A stretch of DNA of 64,000 nucleotides. It comes from an uncultured Candidatus Saccharibacteria bacterium (GTDB lineage: Bacteria > Patescibacteriota > Minisyncoccia > Phycocordibacterales > GCA-2401445). Position 1 is the first letter of the stretch, and each line of letters opens with the position of its first letter. Below the pieces are notes generated by a model. It made no database searches. It had not been told where the DNA came from and saw nothing but the letters and a program-made list of their open reading frames with translations. The position numbers and the translations under genes were made by a program. This document shows positions 1-10,146 of this stretch, one piece after another. Location of the stretch: positions 23,454 to 87,453 of the forward strand of contig CAYTAR010000004.1 of NCBI GenBank assembly GCA_964436015.1. The letters are read 5' to 3'.

Positions 1-1017
1 GCCTTCCTTTTCCTTTACCTGACTCAAGGCTTCTTTTACTGTCTCTTTTGTATCAGCATACAACGTATTTTTATACTGACACGAACGAGCTATCATGCAA
101 AAATCAACAAAAAAGCCTGCGGTCTTTTGTCCACCGACTGACTCATGCGAACCATTATTAAATACAATATGAGTTAGGTTCTTTGGTTGTATTTGACCAA
201 TTGTCGCCATTCCCCCGAGATGCATCAAAGCCGCACCATCACCATCAAAACAGTACACTTTCCTTTTGGAATTATTCATCGCGATTCCTAGAGCGATTTG
301 AGATGCGTGCCCCATAGAACCTATAGTAAGAAAATCACGCTTATGCCCCATTTCGCTCGCCTTACGAATTTCAAAAAGCTCACGAGACATTTTACCCGTA
401 GTTGAAACAACCACAGCATCTTCCTCGAGCATATTTATAACCGATGCAATTGCTTCTTCTCGAGTAAGAGAATACACACCGTTCGACGCCTTCTCTGTTT
501 TTTCTGATTTAAACAAACCTTTGCGTACAACAAGAGCATGAGGAGTGCCCCTTGCGCGAACTGAAGCGACCGCGCTAATCAACTCTTGCTTTGCTACCTC
601 CTCGTCAGCAGATAGAACAGTGTAAGGTATACCCATGGCATCAAGTAATGGTGTAGTAACCTCGCCCATTGTAATATGTTGGGGCTCATCACTTACTCCT
701 GGCTCTCCTCTCCATCCAATTAATAATAAAGCTGGAATCTGATAGACTTTTTGATCTAAAAGTGAAATGAGAGGGTTTACCGCATTCCCCAAACCAGAAT
801 TCTGCATATATATAAGAGGAATATTTCCAGTTGTTAAATGATATCCCGTCGCAAGACCGAGTGCCGTTCCTTCATTTACAGAAATAACGTGACTTGTTGG
901 TGGCAACGATACATCTATGTATTCACAAAACTCCTTTAACAATGAATCTGGAACACCAGTAAAAAAAGTGACTTCTTGACTTACCAAATAATCCAAAAAT
1001 TGCTTAGGTGATATCAT
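1..1017 (-). CDS. ppd: phosphonopyruvate decarboxylase (thiamine-diphosphate enzyme), 3-prime end truncated by the window edge
   Basis: Own reverse-complement translation from ATG at 1017: MISPKQFLDYLVSQEVTFFTGVPDSLLKEF...CFDGDGAALMHLGG (TPP-binding GDG motif). Lies 11 nt downstream of the PepM fusion gene. Not on the ORF track because it runs off the window. Confidence 0.75.
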   Translation of the reverse strand, partial: MISPKQFLDYLVSQEVTFFTGVPDSLLKEFCEYIDVSLPPTSHVISVNEGTALGLATGYHLTTGNIPLIYMQNSGLGNAVNPLISLLDQKVYQIPALLLIGWRGEPGVSDEPQHITMGEVTTPLLDAMGIPYTVLSADEEVAKQELISAVASVRARGTPHALVVRKGLFKSEKTEKASNGVYSLTREEAIASVINMLEEDAVVVSTTGKMSRELFEIRKASEMGHKRDFLTIGSMGHASQIALGIAMNNSKRKVYCFDGDGAALMHLGGMATIGQIQPKNLTHIVFNNGSHESVGGQKTAGFFVDFCMIARSCQYKNTLYADTKETVKEALSQVKEKEG

Positions 1018-1028
1018 CGTTTAAATTT

Positions 1029-2372
1029 TTATATTTTTTTGCCTCCGTTGTTTTCTATTAAATTCAAAATTTCTTTAATAGACATACAGTACTTACTAGA
1101 GGCTTCTTTAGATCGCTCCTTTTCAAGTATCAAACGCGCAGTGTTAACCATTGCAGGATACGCACTTCGTAGTAAGTGATTAGCGTAAATTACAATACTA
1201 AAGCCCATTTTATATAAATTTTTCTCTGTAAGGTGGTCATACGTCGTAGGAACTGCTACCAGTGGTATATCTGCACCAAATTCTTTATACCTTTTACAAA
1301 ATTCCTCAATTTTCTCGGTAGTTTTATCCTTGCTATGAATCATTATTGCGTCAGCTCCGGCTTCAATATACGCTTTAGCACGGCGTATGGCATCGTCTAC
1401 ATCCTTTCCCAGAATAAAGCTTTCTATACGTGCAATTATCATAAAATCCTCTGAGACCCTCGCTTTTACTCCAGCCGAAATCTTCTCACAAAAATTTTTA
1501 ACACTATCAGACTCCTGCTTCACAGATGTACCATAAAGAGAATTCCTTTTCACACCCTTTTTATCTTCAATGATTACTGCAGAGACACCTAATCTTTCAA
1601 GGGTTTTTACTGTGTAAGGAAAGTGTTCAACCAGCCCCCCAGTATCACCGTCATAAATAACAGGTTTAGTGGTTACTTCAAGGATATCATGGAGCGTACT
1701 AACTCGCGAAGTAAGATCAACAAGTTCAATATCAGGTTTTCCTTTCATAGTAGAATCAGTAAGACTACTAAGCCACATAAAATCAAACTCCTGGGTACTT
1801 CCTTTCTTATTTACCTGTATATGCTCTGCAATCAAAGCTGAAAGTCCGCTGTGGGCCTCAATCCCCCTTACTGTATTTTTGGAATCCAAAAGACGACGAA
1901 GCCTCTTAATACGTAGGGTTGGGGTTGTACCTATTTCCTTCAAGGCTTGATTTAGTTTCGTGGATGATATTCCTTCTGTGTATTTAGGCTCAATGAGTTT
2001 CCCACCCCATTGTTTTAACAATTCAATTACTTTTGCCCGTACGTTTTTTTGAATTCCATGTTTCCAATCATCACCATGTACGACAAAATCAGGCTTTAAT
2101 TTTTTCAGATTTTGAGAATAATCTAATGTCTCTTGGGGGACAACTTCACTGACACCAACAATGTGAGTTACTATTTCTTTTCGTTGTTCATATGAAAGAA
2201 ATGGTAATCGCTTATAACTAGCAATAGCCTTGTCAGTTAACAAACCAATAACGACTTTTCCGTATTTTCTCCCTTCATTGATAATATTTAAATGACCAGG
2301 ATGAATAAGATCAGCACTCATACCGATATACACCAATTTCTCACCTTTAATTTCTTTAGACATATAAATCAA
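1029..2372 (-). CDS. pepM: bifunctional nucleotidyl(cytidylyl)transferase / phosphoenolpyruvate phosphomutase
   Basis: N-terminal domain has the HxGH cytidylyltransferase motif (IHPGH). C-terminal ICL/PEP-mutase fold carries the PepM-diagnostic EDKxxxxxNS ([15 protein letters not shown]). 447 aa. Confidence 0.8.
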   Translation of the reverse strand: MIYMSKEIKGEKLVYIGMSADLIHPGHLNIINEGRKYGKVVIGLLTDKAIASYKRLPFLSYEQRKEIVTHIVGVSEVVPQETLDYSQNLKKLKPDFVVHGDDWKHGIQKNVRAKVIELLKQWGGKLIEPKYTEGISSTKLNQALKEIGTTPTLRIKRLRRLLDSKNTVRGIEAHSGLSALIAEHIQVNKKGSTQEFDFMWLSSLTDSTMKGKPDIELVDLTSRVSTLHDILEVTTKPVIYDGDTGGLVEHFPYTVKTLERLGVSAVIIEDKKGVKRNSLYGTSVKQESDSVKNFCEKISAGVKARVSEDFMIIARIESFILGKDVDDAIRRAKAYIEAGADAIMIHSKDKTTEKIEEFCKRYKEFGADIPLVAVPTTYDHLTEKNLYKMGFSIVIYANHLLRSAYPAMVNTARLILEKERSKEASSKYCMSIKEILNLIENNGGKKI

Positions 2373-2471
2373 ATATTTTCAACCAATAAAATACACAATA
2401 TTCAGAAGTTAAGGATAGCACTTGAGTACCCTTTGTGCAATAAAGAGCCTAACTACTACACTTAGCCACAC

Positions 2472-3254
2472 CTAAAGAGTCATTTTTGACTTAATAAACT
2501 TCACATAGTCAATTGCTTTCGTCATCCTGATTTTAAACTGTGTAAATGAAATTGAACGGTCCACTTGAATACGTTTAATCCTATAGGGGTTGGTGTGTGG
2601 CTTAACCAAGCCCTCAGTAATCACACAACCGCCTGCAAATAATGTTTTCACTACCTGCTCTACATCCCTATTCACCCTACCTGCAGGATACGCAACAAAC
2701 TGCGGTGTGTATCCTGTATGCCTCTGAATGTCATCTTTTGAACGCACGAGCTCATTTGTGAGAGCTTCCACTGATAATTCGGTAAAATTCGTATGGCTCT
2801 CTCCATGCACTTCAAACGTAACCCATCCTTCCTGAGCAACCCGCTCAATACCCTCCCACGCGGGCCGAGGGAGATTCCCAAGTTTTTCCATTGGAAAGAA
2901 GTTAGTGGTGAGAAACACGGTAGCTGGAATACGATACTTCGCAAGTAGTGGAGCAACAACAGAAATAGTATCCTCATACCCATCATCAAATGTCACCGCA
3001 ACGCTTTTATGAGGCAACTCTTTTTCACCCCGAGTATACGCCACCACATCTGCAAAAGATACCGGGTTCATATTCTCCTTAATATATTTCAAGTGTCGCT
3101 CAAACTGTAGAGGTGTTACTCCATACTTCCACTGACTATTTTCAACTGAATGGTACATTAAAACTGAGACTTCTTTACCCCGCACAAAAATACGCACAAG
3201 TGTACGAACACACCATGCAAAGGAATATACTATTGTTTTGAAATACAATCGCAT
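2472..3254 (-). CDS. polysaccharide deacetylase (NodB / CE4 family), N-terminal TM
   Basis: TFDDGYED and LMYHSV motifs; RIPATVFL. Confidence 0.7.
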   Translation of the reverse strand: MRLYFKTIVYSFAWCVRTLVRIFVRGKEVSVLMYHSVENSQWKYGVTPLQFERHLKYIKENMNPVSFADVVAYTRGEKELPHKSVAVTFDDGYEDTISVVAPLLAKYRIPATVFLTTNFFPMEKLGNLPRPAWEGIERVAQEGWVTFEVHGESHTNFTELSVEALTNELVRSKDDIQRHTGYTPQFVAYPAGRVNRDVEQVVKTLFAGGCVITEGLVKPHTNPYRIKRIQVDRSISFTQFKIRMTKAIDYVKFIKSKMTL

Positions 3255-3850
3255 ACATCAACTATTATTCGCTCTTCGTCCTTTGTTCCTCGTATATACA
3301 AAGTCGGAACTACTCTTTCGGTAAGGCACTCTAATATTACCCTATGAACTTCAAACACCACCTCAGTAAAACGGTTCTGATATTCAGTACCCATAAATGC
3401 TCGCATTCCCTTTCCTCGTTTTGCGAGTCTACTCAACACTTCTTCTTTTGGGAGATCAAATATGACTCTTACGCTCGGGAGAGGAGCGTGACTCAATAAC
3501 TTAGATACAATACTAGCAGACGGAGTGCGCTCAAATAAACTCAAACAGTGTTGGAGCATTCCTTCCTCCACCAACACATGCACTCGTGCACGGGACGCCC
3601 CCATCCATTCTCCAATCCTATACATAAACACCCTCAATTTCCACCACACAAGGTAAATGCCTCCCCATTCGCGCAGGATGATTCGTAGTGATAAAAAGAA
3701 AAAGCGAGGAAATTTAAATACAAACAAACATACGTATACACCCCTCACTAAAAACGAAGTTGGGTGCATGTGTGCGAAACCGCACGAACGAAACGTTCGT
3801 GCTAAAGTGCTTTTCCCTGAACCAGGAGGACCATATGTTTCCAGTACCAT
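3230..3850 (-). CDS. P-loop NTPase / small kinase-like protein, possibly disrupted
   Basis: Walker A GPPGSGKST at the N-terminus. The middle ~60 aa is low-complexity and unlike a natural protein, so a frameshift or pseudogene is possible. Confidence 0.35.
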   Translation of the reverse strand: MVLETYGPPGSGKSTLARTFRSCGFAHMHPTSFLVRGVYVCLFVFKFPRFFFLSLRIILREWGGIYLVWWKLRVFMYRIGEWMGASRARVHVLVEEGMLQHCLSLFERTPSASIVSKLLSHAPLPSVRVIFDLPKEEVLSRLAKRGKGMRAFMGTEYQNRFTEVVFEVHRVILECLTERVVPTLYIRGTKDEERIIVDVCDCISKQ

Positions 3851-4632
3851 TAGCCCTTGAAAGTTACTTGATAAGATTCAGAAAAAAAGCGAGTAATAAC
3901 ATTCATATTCATCCATCCGAGTAACACGTAGAGTGCTCTATCAGCAAATGCGGAACGCAGTCCAGGGAATACAAACGTTACCGGACGAACAGAAGTTATT
4001 ACGAACCCTTCCTTATGGAGCAAGCTACATAATTCCTTATCAGATACCTGAAGCGCGTGAAAATCCTTCACTGCTCTTTTTTTATTCCATGGTCTATTAT
4101 ACTGAGGTGTCTTAGTGATAATTGAACCGTGAGATTGAGTTGCTGTTACTTCACGAATCTTTTTCACCAATGCTTCTTTATCAGAAAAATATTCTATCGC
4201 TCGTGAAGAAAAAAACACTGTGGCTTTCTTTTGAGGTATATATTCAAGGAAATCAGATACGGTAAATGTGACATTCTCAGAGCCTGATAAGTTTTCTTTC
4301 GCGAGCACAATCATCTCTTCTGAAATATCAACCAACCCATACTCCATATCAGGAAATTCAGATAAAAACTCTCGAGTCCACGTGCCGGGACCCGGACCCA
4401 ATTCAAGATACACTTTATGAGCGACACTCTTCTTTAACTCAAAGATAAAACGATACACCGCCCGACGGGTCATGTCATACCCCGCTTTTCTCTGCGCAGT
4501 TGAAAACCACCTCTCACGCTCATACTCACCCCTATACGCGCCTGGTATCATGGTGTTGTATATCCCCCGCACATCAGCATTTTTCATTTCCCTATTGTAA
4601 GCGAAAGCGAAAACAGTGGCAATTTTGTACAC
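3850..4632 (-). CDS. class I SAM-dependent methyltransferase
   Basis: Motif I LELGPGPGTWT; 260 aa. Confidence 0.65.
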   Translation of the reverse strand: MYKIATVFAFAYNREMKNADVRGIYNTMIPGAYRGEYERERWFSTAQRKAGYDMTRRAVYRFIFELKKSVAHKVYLELGPGPGTWTREFLSEFPDMEYGLVDISEEMIVLAKENLSGSENVTFTVSDFLEYIPQKKATVFFSSRAIEYFSDKEALVKKIREVTATQSHGSIITKTPQYNRPWNKKRAVKDFHALQVSDKELCSLLHKEGFVITSVRPVTFVFPGLRSAFADRALYVLLGWMNMNVITRFFSESYQVTFKG

Positions 4633-4706
4633 AGTTTATCACCTCTCAATTATAGACAGATTGAGCAGGAAATTTAAACTTTAATTATTATTATTATTTT
4701 CTAAAA

Positions 4707-6473
4707 ATGCCATGGCGTACTACAAACAATTATTCTCTCTCATTTTTTTTCTTTATTTTTTTATTTACACCGACAAACGTATTTGCTCAAAATTCTCACT
4801 CATCAGAGTTTGATGGTGTAAATGACTATTTATTTGTAAATGACAACCCTTCACTATCGATAACAGGTGATTTAACTGCAGAATTATGGGTAAATTTTAA
4901 TTCATTCAACGAGAATGATCAGGGGATTTTAATCTCAAAGTACGGAGGTGGATCAAACGAGAGAGCATACCAATTTGGATACTTTAAAAACACATCTGAT
5001 GGAAAGCAATACTTTGAAAGTAGAATCTCCGATGACGGAACAGGACCCAATACGAGCGTTGTTACTCTTGAATATACCCTGGCGACTAGCACATGGTACC
5101 ACATTGCTTTTGTATATAAAGCGGCAACTGGAACTATTGATGTTTACGTTGCAACCACAAGTGCGCTGAGCCACACTTTTGCCGGCACAATGTCTGGCCA
5201 TAGAAATTCCATAAAAGATAGTTCTTCTCAGTTTAGAGTTGCCTCATCCCACGGAGCAGGAAGTATAGTTTACTTTGATGGTTTCATTGATGAAGTAAGA
5301 ATATGGAGTGATATTAGAACCACCTCTGAAATTTATTCAAACTTCAAAACAGAATTAAATGGGGATGAATCAAATTTAGCTGGATACTGGAAATTAAATA
5401 ATTCATTGAATGATAGCACATCAAATGGGAACAATCTCTCAAACAACGGCGGCGTAACATTCACGGCTTTTAAACCCTTTCCTATCCCACCCTCTATTGC
5501 GATCGACCCATCGCCAAGTATTGCATCAACATCAGTTGCTACATCGACTGAAATAACATGGTCTCCAGGAACTGGGTTAACGCAACAAGCTGTATACTTT
5601 GGAACTTCATCAGATCCAGGATTGAATGAATTCAAAGGTATATACAGTAGCACAACCACTTTCTACGACCCAGGAATACTTCAAGCATCAACAACATATT
5701 ACTGGCGGATTGACACAGCAAATTCGGAAGCGACGACTACTGGAAATTTATGGAATTTTTCAACTATTGCTGAACCAGAAAATTCACATTCTATTGGACT
5801 CAACGGAATAGATGACTACCTTTCTGTAGCAGACAGTTCATCTCTATCCATAACAGGCGACTTGACCATTGAATTCTGGGCAAAATTTGACTCATTCAAC
5901 ATTGATGATCAAGGTATACTTGTTTCTAAATGGGGTGATTATGGAGGAGGAAACAATCAACGTGCATACCAATTTGGTTATTATAAAACATCTGGGGGTA
6001 CAGGATATTTTTATCCTCTTACTTCCGCGGATGGAACAAATGTTACTTCAGCAACAATTCAATATGATTTAGCAACGAGCACTTGGTATCACTTAGCATT
6101 CATCTATACTGCCGCAAGTGGTACAGTTAGTGTATATGTTGCTACTACATCAGATTCAAGCCACGCGTTAGTAGGAACTTCATCGGGATTTACCACCTCA
6201 CTTAAAGATACTGTTTCTGAATTCCAGATTGGCTCTTCTGATGGGTCTGGCAATGCAGTATATCTTGATGGAATAATTGATGAAGTAAGAGTGTGGTCTA
6301 AAACTAAGAGTAAATTAGAATTAGACACCGATTACACCACAGAATTAACAGGCTCTGAAACAAATCTTGAAGCATATTGGAACTTCAACAACACATTGAA
6401 TGATGCAACAATTAACGGGAACAATCTGACAAATAACAATGGTGCAACGTTTGTAACATCCACACCATTCTAA
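4707..6473 (+). CDS. secreted protein with two tandem LamG-like (concanavalin A-like lectin/glucanase) domains separated by an Fn3-like module
   Basis: Signal peptide (…NVFA|QN). Two ~230-aa internal repeats (DGVNDYLFV…TWYHIAFVY…IDEVRIW versus GIDDYLSV…TWYHLAFIY…IDEVRVW). YYWRID Fn3-like segment between them. Confidence 0.6.
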   Translation: MPWRTTNNYSLSFFFFIFLFTPTNVFAQNSHSSEFDGVNDYLFVNDNPSLSITGDLTAELWVNFNSFNENDQGILISKYGGGSNERAYQFGYFKNTSDGKQYFESRISDDGTGPNTSVVTLEYTLATSTWYHIAFVYKAATGTIDVYVATTSALSHTFAGTMSGHRNSIKDSSSQFRVASSHGAGSIVYFDGFIDEVRIWSDIRTTSEIYSNFKTELNGDESNLAGYWKLNNSLNDSTSNGNNLSNNGGVTFTAFKPFPIPPSIAIDPSPSIASTSVATSTEITWSPGTGLTQQAVYFGTSSDPGLNEFKGIYSSTTTFYDPGILQASTTYYWRIDTANSEATTTGNLWNFSTIAEPENSHSIGLNGIDDYLSVADSSSLSITGDLTIEFWAKFDSFNIDDQGILVSKWGDYGGGNNQRAYQFGYYKTSGGTGYFYPLTSADGTNVTSATIQYDLATSTWYHLAFIYTAASGTVSVYVATTSDSSHALVGTSSGFTTSLKDTVSEFQIGSSDGSGNAVYLDGIIDEVRVWSKTKSKLELDTDYTTELTGSETNLEAYWNFNNTLNDATINGNNLTNNNGATFVTSTPF

Positions 6474-6486
6474 TTTACTTAACCAA

Positions 6487-6535
6487 ACATAAAAAACCAT
6501 CCCAGAGAGTAAGGGATGGTTTTTTATGTTTGGTT
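6487..6535. terminator. bidirectional rho-independent terminator between convergent genes
   Basis: aaaaaccatccc-agagagtaa-gggatggtttttt, with an extended outer palindrome. Confidence 0.5.
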
Positions 6536-7193
6536 AGAAAAACTTTGTCGGAACTTCAACTATCCCTTTCTCTTTATCTTCATACGTCGTGAACAATTTT
6601 GGCTCACCAGTTTTTTTAAGTACATAAATAATCTCATACGCGAGCCCAGGAAACTTCAAAGGATGAAAGGCGATTTTTGTTTTCACCAAACGAAATGATA
6701 AACCGACCTCATTCTCTATAGTAAACCCAACCCTATCCGCAAGAGTGCGCACATTGTACCGAGTAAAACTCTGAAAATGTTCCACCCATTTCGCTTTGCA
6801 CACACGGTGCTTAAACTTGTGAAAAAATATATTGAGCACATTTTCCCAATAATAATTAGGATTAGGACTTGAAAATACGAGATACCCATTCGGCTTTAAC
6901 ACTCGGTGAAGCTCACTCATGAGCTGTATTGGGTTCGCTACATGCGCAAGGACACACCCCATCGTAACTGCATCAAAGAAACCATCTTCATACGGAATAT
7001 GTCCCGTATTCAAATCTACTCTTTTTACCTCCTTATAACCGACGGGATGATTGTCTGCAACTATATCAATTCCATATATTTCTCCGTGTAAATAGGTGCT
7101 CGGATTTTGAGCATACCCGACATCAAGCACTTTCTGTGCATCCGGATATACCGCATATAAGGTATCAGCAATAACATTCCCTTTAGTTTTCAT
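6534..7193 (-). CDS. SAM-dependent methyltransferase (type 11-like)
   Basis: VLDVGYAQNP…GIDI, a Rossmann-type methyltransferase fold. Confidence 0.6.
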   Translation of the reverse strand: MKTKGNVIADTLYAVYPDAQKVLDVGYAQNPSTYLHGEIYGIDIVADNHPVGYKEVKRVDLNTGHIPYEDGFFDAVTMGCVLAHVANPIQLMSELHRVLKPNGYLVFSSPNPNYYWENVLNIFFHKFKHRVCKAKWVEHFQSFTRYNVRTLADRVGFTIENEVGLSFRLVKTKIAFHPLKFPGLAYEIIYVLKKTGEPKLFTTYEDKEKGIVEVPTKFF

Positions 7194-7205
7194 AATAGAA
7201 TTCTT

Positions 7206-7820
7206 CTATTTTAACACAACAAAAAAATGGTGGTACTGGTACGCAAAAGGTACAAAATGTTTTTTTACCACTCCAAACTGTGATAGTACGCGTACAAACC
7301 TATTCACTGTATACCCCTTCTTACCAAGTTCCCAGTAGTGCTCACCATTAAACTCATGCTCTTTCGGATGAGGAATTCGCAATGCGAAAGAAAGCTCTCT
7401 CAGAAGTGGTATTTTGAAAAGAAACTTAATTGGGTGACTAAAGTGCGGAACACTTATCACCACTCCCTTTTTAGCAACACGCACGATTTCAGAGAGAGCT
7501 TTTTCAACCTTTTCAAACGGGATATGCTCCAACACTTCGCAAACACATACCACATCAAACGTATTGTCTTCAAATGGAAGGGATGTAACATCCCCCACAA
7601 CATCTGGGTGCAGATCTTCTGCCACATCAAGTGAAGTGTACGTGATATCCGTATTATTTTTTATATACGATCCAAATACTTTATCCCCCACACCTACTTC
7701 AAGAACTGACTCGGGGGCAAACGAAAGAACCTCCTTTAACTGGTGGTAGTAACTTACAAAACGACCAACGTGTCCGTATTTCTTAAAATTGTAGTGCTGT
7801 TTATCTACTTGTTTCTCCAT
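7206..7820 (-). CDS. SAM-dependent methyltransferase (type 11-like)
   Basis: VLEVGVGDKVFG…FDVVCVCEVLEHIP. Start likely MEKQVDKQ at 7820; the longer track ORF overlaps the upstream GT. Confidence 0.6.
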   Translation of the reverse strand: MEKQVDKQHYNFKKYGHVGRFVSYYHQLKEVLSFAPESVLEVGVGDKVFGSYIKNNTDITYTSLDVAEDLHPDVVGDVTSLPFEDNTFDVVCVCEVLEHIPFEKVEKALSEIVRVAKKGVVISVPHFSHPIKFLFKIPLLRELSFALRIPHPKEHEFNGEHYWELGKKGYTVNRFVRVLSQFGVVKKHFVPFAYQYHHFFVVLK

Positions 7821-8856
7821 GAATAGTTTCAAGTATACGCGAAATAAGACGAGAAAGCCCGTGGTTTTCTTCAACCTCCTTCCGAAGTCTCTCCTGTATA
7901 TGTAACACATCTTTTCTCTCCAGCATATTCACAATCGTCTCTACGAGCGATGTCACATCTCGTTCTTTAAACACAAGCGTCTCTCTATCCTCTTTTAGCA
8001 CAGACCCGCACGCAATGCTTGATGTAACAGGTAATACCCCCACCGCCATTGCCTCAAGAATTACCTTATCCAAACTTCCAGTCTCGCTTGCATGGATAAG
8101 AACATCAGATGATGAGAGTAATTCTCGCAACTCATTCTGTCCTACTCCGCCGATAAAATTAACATAGTTCTGCAAATTATTTTCCTTTACAAATGTCTCT
8201 ACTTCCTCTAAGTACAATCTATCACTCGGGGTGATAGGATTTCCCACAATACGTAACTGTGCTGGAACACCACGATGTGTAAGCTCAGACAGTGCGCGCA
8301 CAACCAACAACACATTCTTTACTGGCGATATGCGGCCAACCGTAATTACATTAAGGGTGGAATTACGTGCATGTGGAGAGAAAGCAAACACAGATGTATC
8401 TATTCCATGCCCTGTAACCACAACCTTGTTACTTTGAATATTGAAACTCTCCTTTGATGCAGTACACACCATATGAGTAAGGAATGTTGCAATGCGAAGT
8501 TTTAAATCAACCGACTTGTGTGTGTACCACAACACAATTTTTTTACCGAGTAGTCTCCACAACAATCCTCCGAGGACTACATATTCGGGATTCATGTGCA
8601 CAAAAACTACATCATACTCCTTTCGTTTCTTCCACACGTAGTAATAAAAACGAAATATCCTCCCCAATCTACCAATCCCTTTTTCTTTTCCTAAACTGTA
8701 CACCTGTGTGTGGTCAGAAAGCTCATGTTCGCCAACTGACAAACCAACAACTTCTACTTGCTCTACCTGCGCTGAAAATTCTTCAATCCATCGGTGAAAA
8801 AAACCCAGTACTGGATCATTTTTATTTACCGTTTGTGTCAAAATAAGTATGCGCAT
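7801..8856 (-). CDS. glycosyltransferase family 4 (GT-B)
   Basis: C-terminal E-x7-E type motif region (HASETGSLDKVILEAMAVGVLPV). Confidence 0.7.
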   Translation of the reverse strand: MRILILTQTVNKNDPVLGFFHRWIEEFSAQVEQVEVVGLSVGEHELSDHTQVYSLGKEKGIGRLGRIFRFYYYVWKKRKEYDVVFVHMNPEYVVLGGLLWRLLGKKIVLWYTHKSVDLKLRIATFLTHMVCTASKESFNIQSNKVVVTGHGIDTSVFAFSPHARNSTLNVITVGRISPVKNVLLVVRALSELTHRGVPAQLRIVGNPITPSDRLYLEEVETFVKENNLQNYVNFIGGVGQNELRELLSSSDVLIHASETGSLDKVILEAMAVGVLPVTSSIACGSVLKEDRETLVFKERDVTSLVETIVNMLERKDVLHIQERLRKEVEENHGLSRLISRILETIHGETSR

Positions 8857-9286
8857 GTCTAAATGTATGTATCTTGTTTACAAGAAAATTAACCACCCCC
8901 ACGATAAGCACAGCGAAGACTTGAGAGATAAGAGGGGTGTAGTCTAATCGATCAATAAACACATGCAACAAAAGCAAGTTCATGCCGAGCCCAACAATTG
9001 CTACCGTACTGTACCACATAAACTCCCGCCTTCCTTCCCCCCAGTGACGGTGACGAAATGTCCAATACTTTTGAAGAGCAAAATTTACCACGAGTGCAAT
9101 TACAAATGAAATAACAGCGGCAATCGGATACCACATACCTTCGCGTTCAAGAAACCAGAAAATAAATACATTGAGCGTAGCTCCTGTTAGCCCAGATATC
9201 CCGTATCTAACAAGCAACCAAAAATCCCTAAAATGTGAAATTAAGTTAGATATGACGCCGTTTTTGCCTGATGAAATCTTGACCAT
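8822..9286 (-). CDS. GtrA-family membrane protein (polysaccharide synthesis/translocation accessory)
   Basis: ~150 aa with 4 TM helices and a GtrA-like N-terminus (YGISGLTGATLNVFIFWFL). Confidence 0.55.
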   Translation of the reverse strand: MVKISSGKNGVISNLISHFRDFWLLVRYGISGLTGATLNVFIFWFLEREGMWYPIAAVISFVIALVVNFALQKYWTFRHRHWGEGRREFMWYSTVAIVGLGMNLLLLHVFIDRLDYTPLISQVFAVLIVGVVNFLVNKIHTFRHAHTYFDTNGK

Positions 9287-10115
9287 ATACAGAACTCAGA
9301 ATATCAATATCCTTATTACTTGCAAGTAGGAGCTCAATATTTTTATCACGAAGTGCGGTGAGCAACTCTACTCCCGATGTGTCTCCCACAAGTGATGTGT
9401 ATAACCCCGAAAAAGCACTAAAGTCCTTGAGAAAGCAATTTCCACCGGCTCCTCGGCCACTTTTATGCACTGGTGACATGTGGCTATTTCCAATACGAGG
9501 GTCTGCGGAAAGTGCCTGTGCTACTGCTTCCCATTCAACCCCAAGACTATTTGCCGTATCATACACCATGTTCATAAATATCACTTTCAAAAAAAGGAAA
9601 TTATTTCCCGCGTACTTAATCAATTCTGCACTTCTTGCTGTAGTGACGAGTGTGTACGGGGCATACGGTAATACATCCATAATCGCCTCAGCGCGCTCTC
9701 TAAATTCAGCATTATCAATTGCCATCCCGACAATGTTTCTATCTGGGTGACTTGCATCATAAGACGCATTTGATTCCGTTAGGAATTCCGGAGAATGAAA
9801 CAAAAATAATTCAGGGTGTGCATCCTGCAGTTTTTCGGTTGTCTTGGGAAGTATGGTTGATTTAATAACTACACTTGCTCCACGCCCCGCGAGCGACAAT
9901 ACTCCTTCCACAATACTCGCATCAGAACCGTCAGGTGTGGTGGGGGTAGGTACCGCAACGAACACCAGATCACAATGCTTTATTCTGTCTTTATTATCAC
10001 GATACTCAGCATCAAGAGAATAACGTATTACTTCAAAACCACGATTCTCAAAATCATCGGCATAATTTTTACCGACATACCCTTGACCAATGAATCCGAT
10101 TTTTTTAAATTTCAT
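9246..10115 (-). CDS. UDP-glucose/GDP-mannose dehydrogenase family protein (short form)
   Basis: N-terminal GFIGQGYVG Rossmann motif; catalytic-Cys motif GGNCFLKD. Start likely MKFKKIGF at 10115. Confidence 0.55.
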   Translation of the reverse strand: MKFKKIGFIGQGYVGKNYADDFENRGFEVIRYSLDAEYRDNKDRIKHCDLVFVAVPTPTTPDGSDASIVEGVLSLAGRGASVVIKSTILPKTTEKLQDAHPELFLFHSPEFLTESNASYDASHPDRNIVGMAIDNAEFRERAEAIMDVLPYAPYTLVTTARSAELIKYAGNNFLFLKVIFMNMVYDTANSLGVEWEAVAQALSADPRIGNSHMSPVHKSGRGAGGNCFLKDFSAFSGLYTSLVGDTSGVELLTALRDKNIELLLASNKDIDILSSVYGQDFIRQKRRHI

Positions 10116-10146
10116 ATGAAATACTTGTCTCTCAATAGTACCCGAT

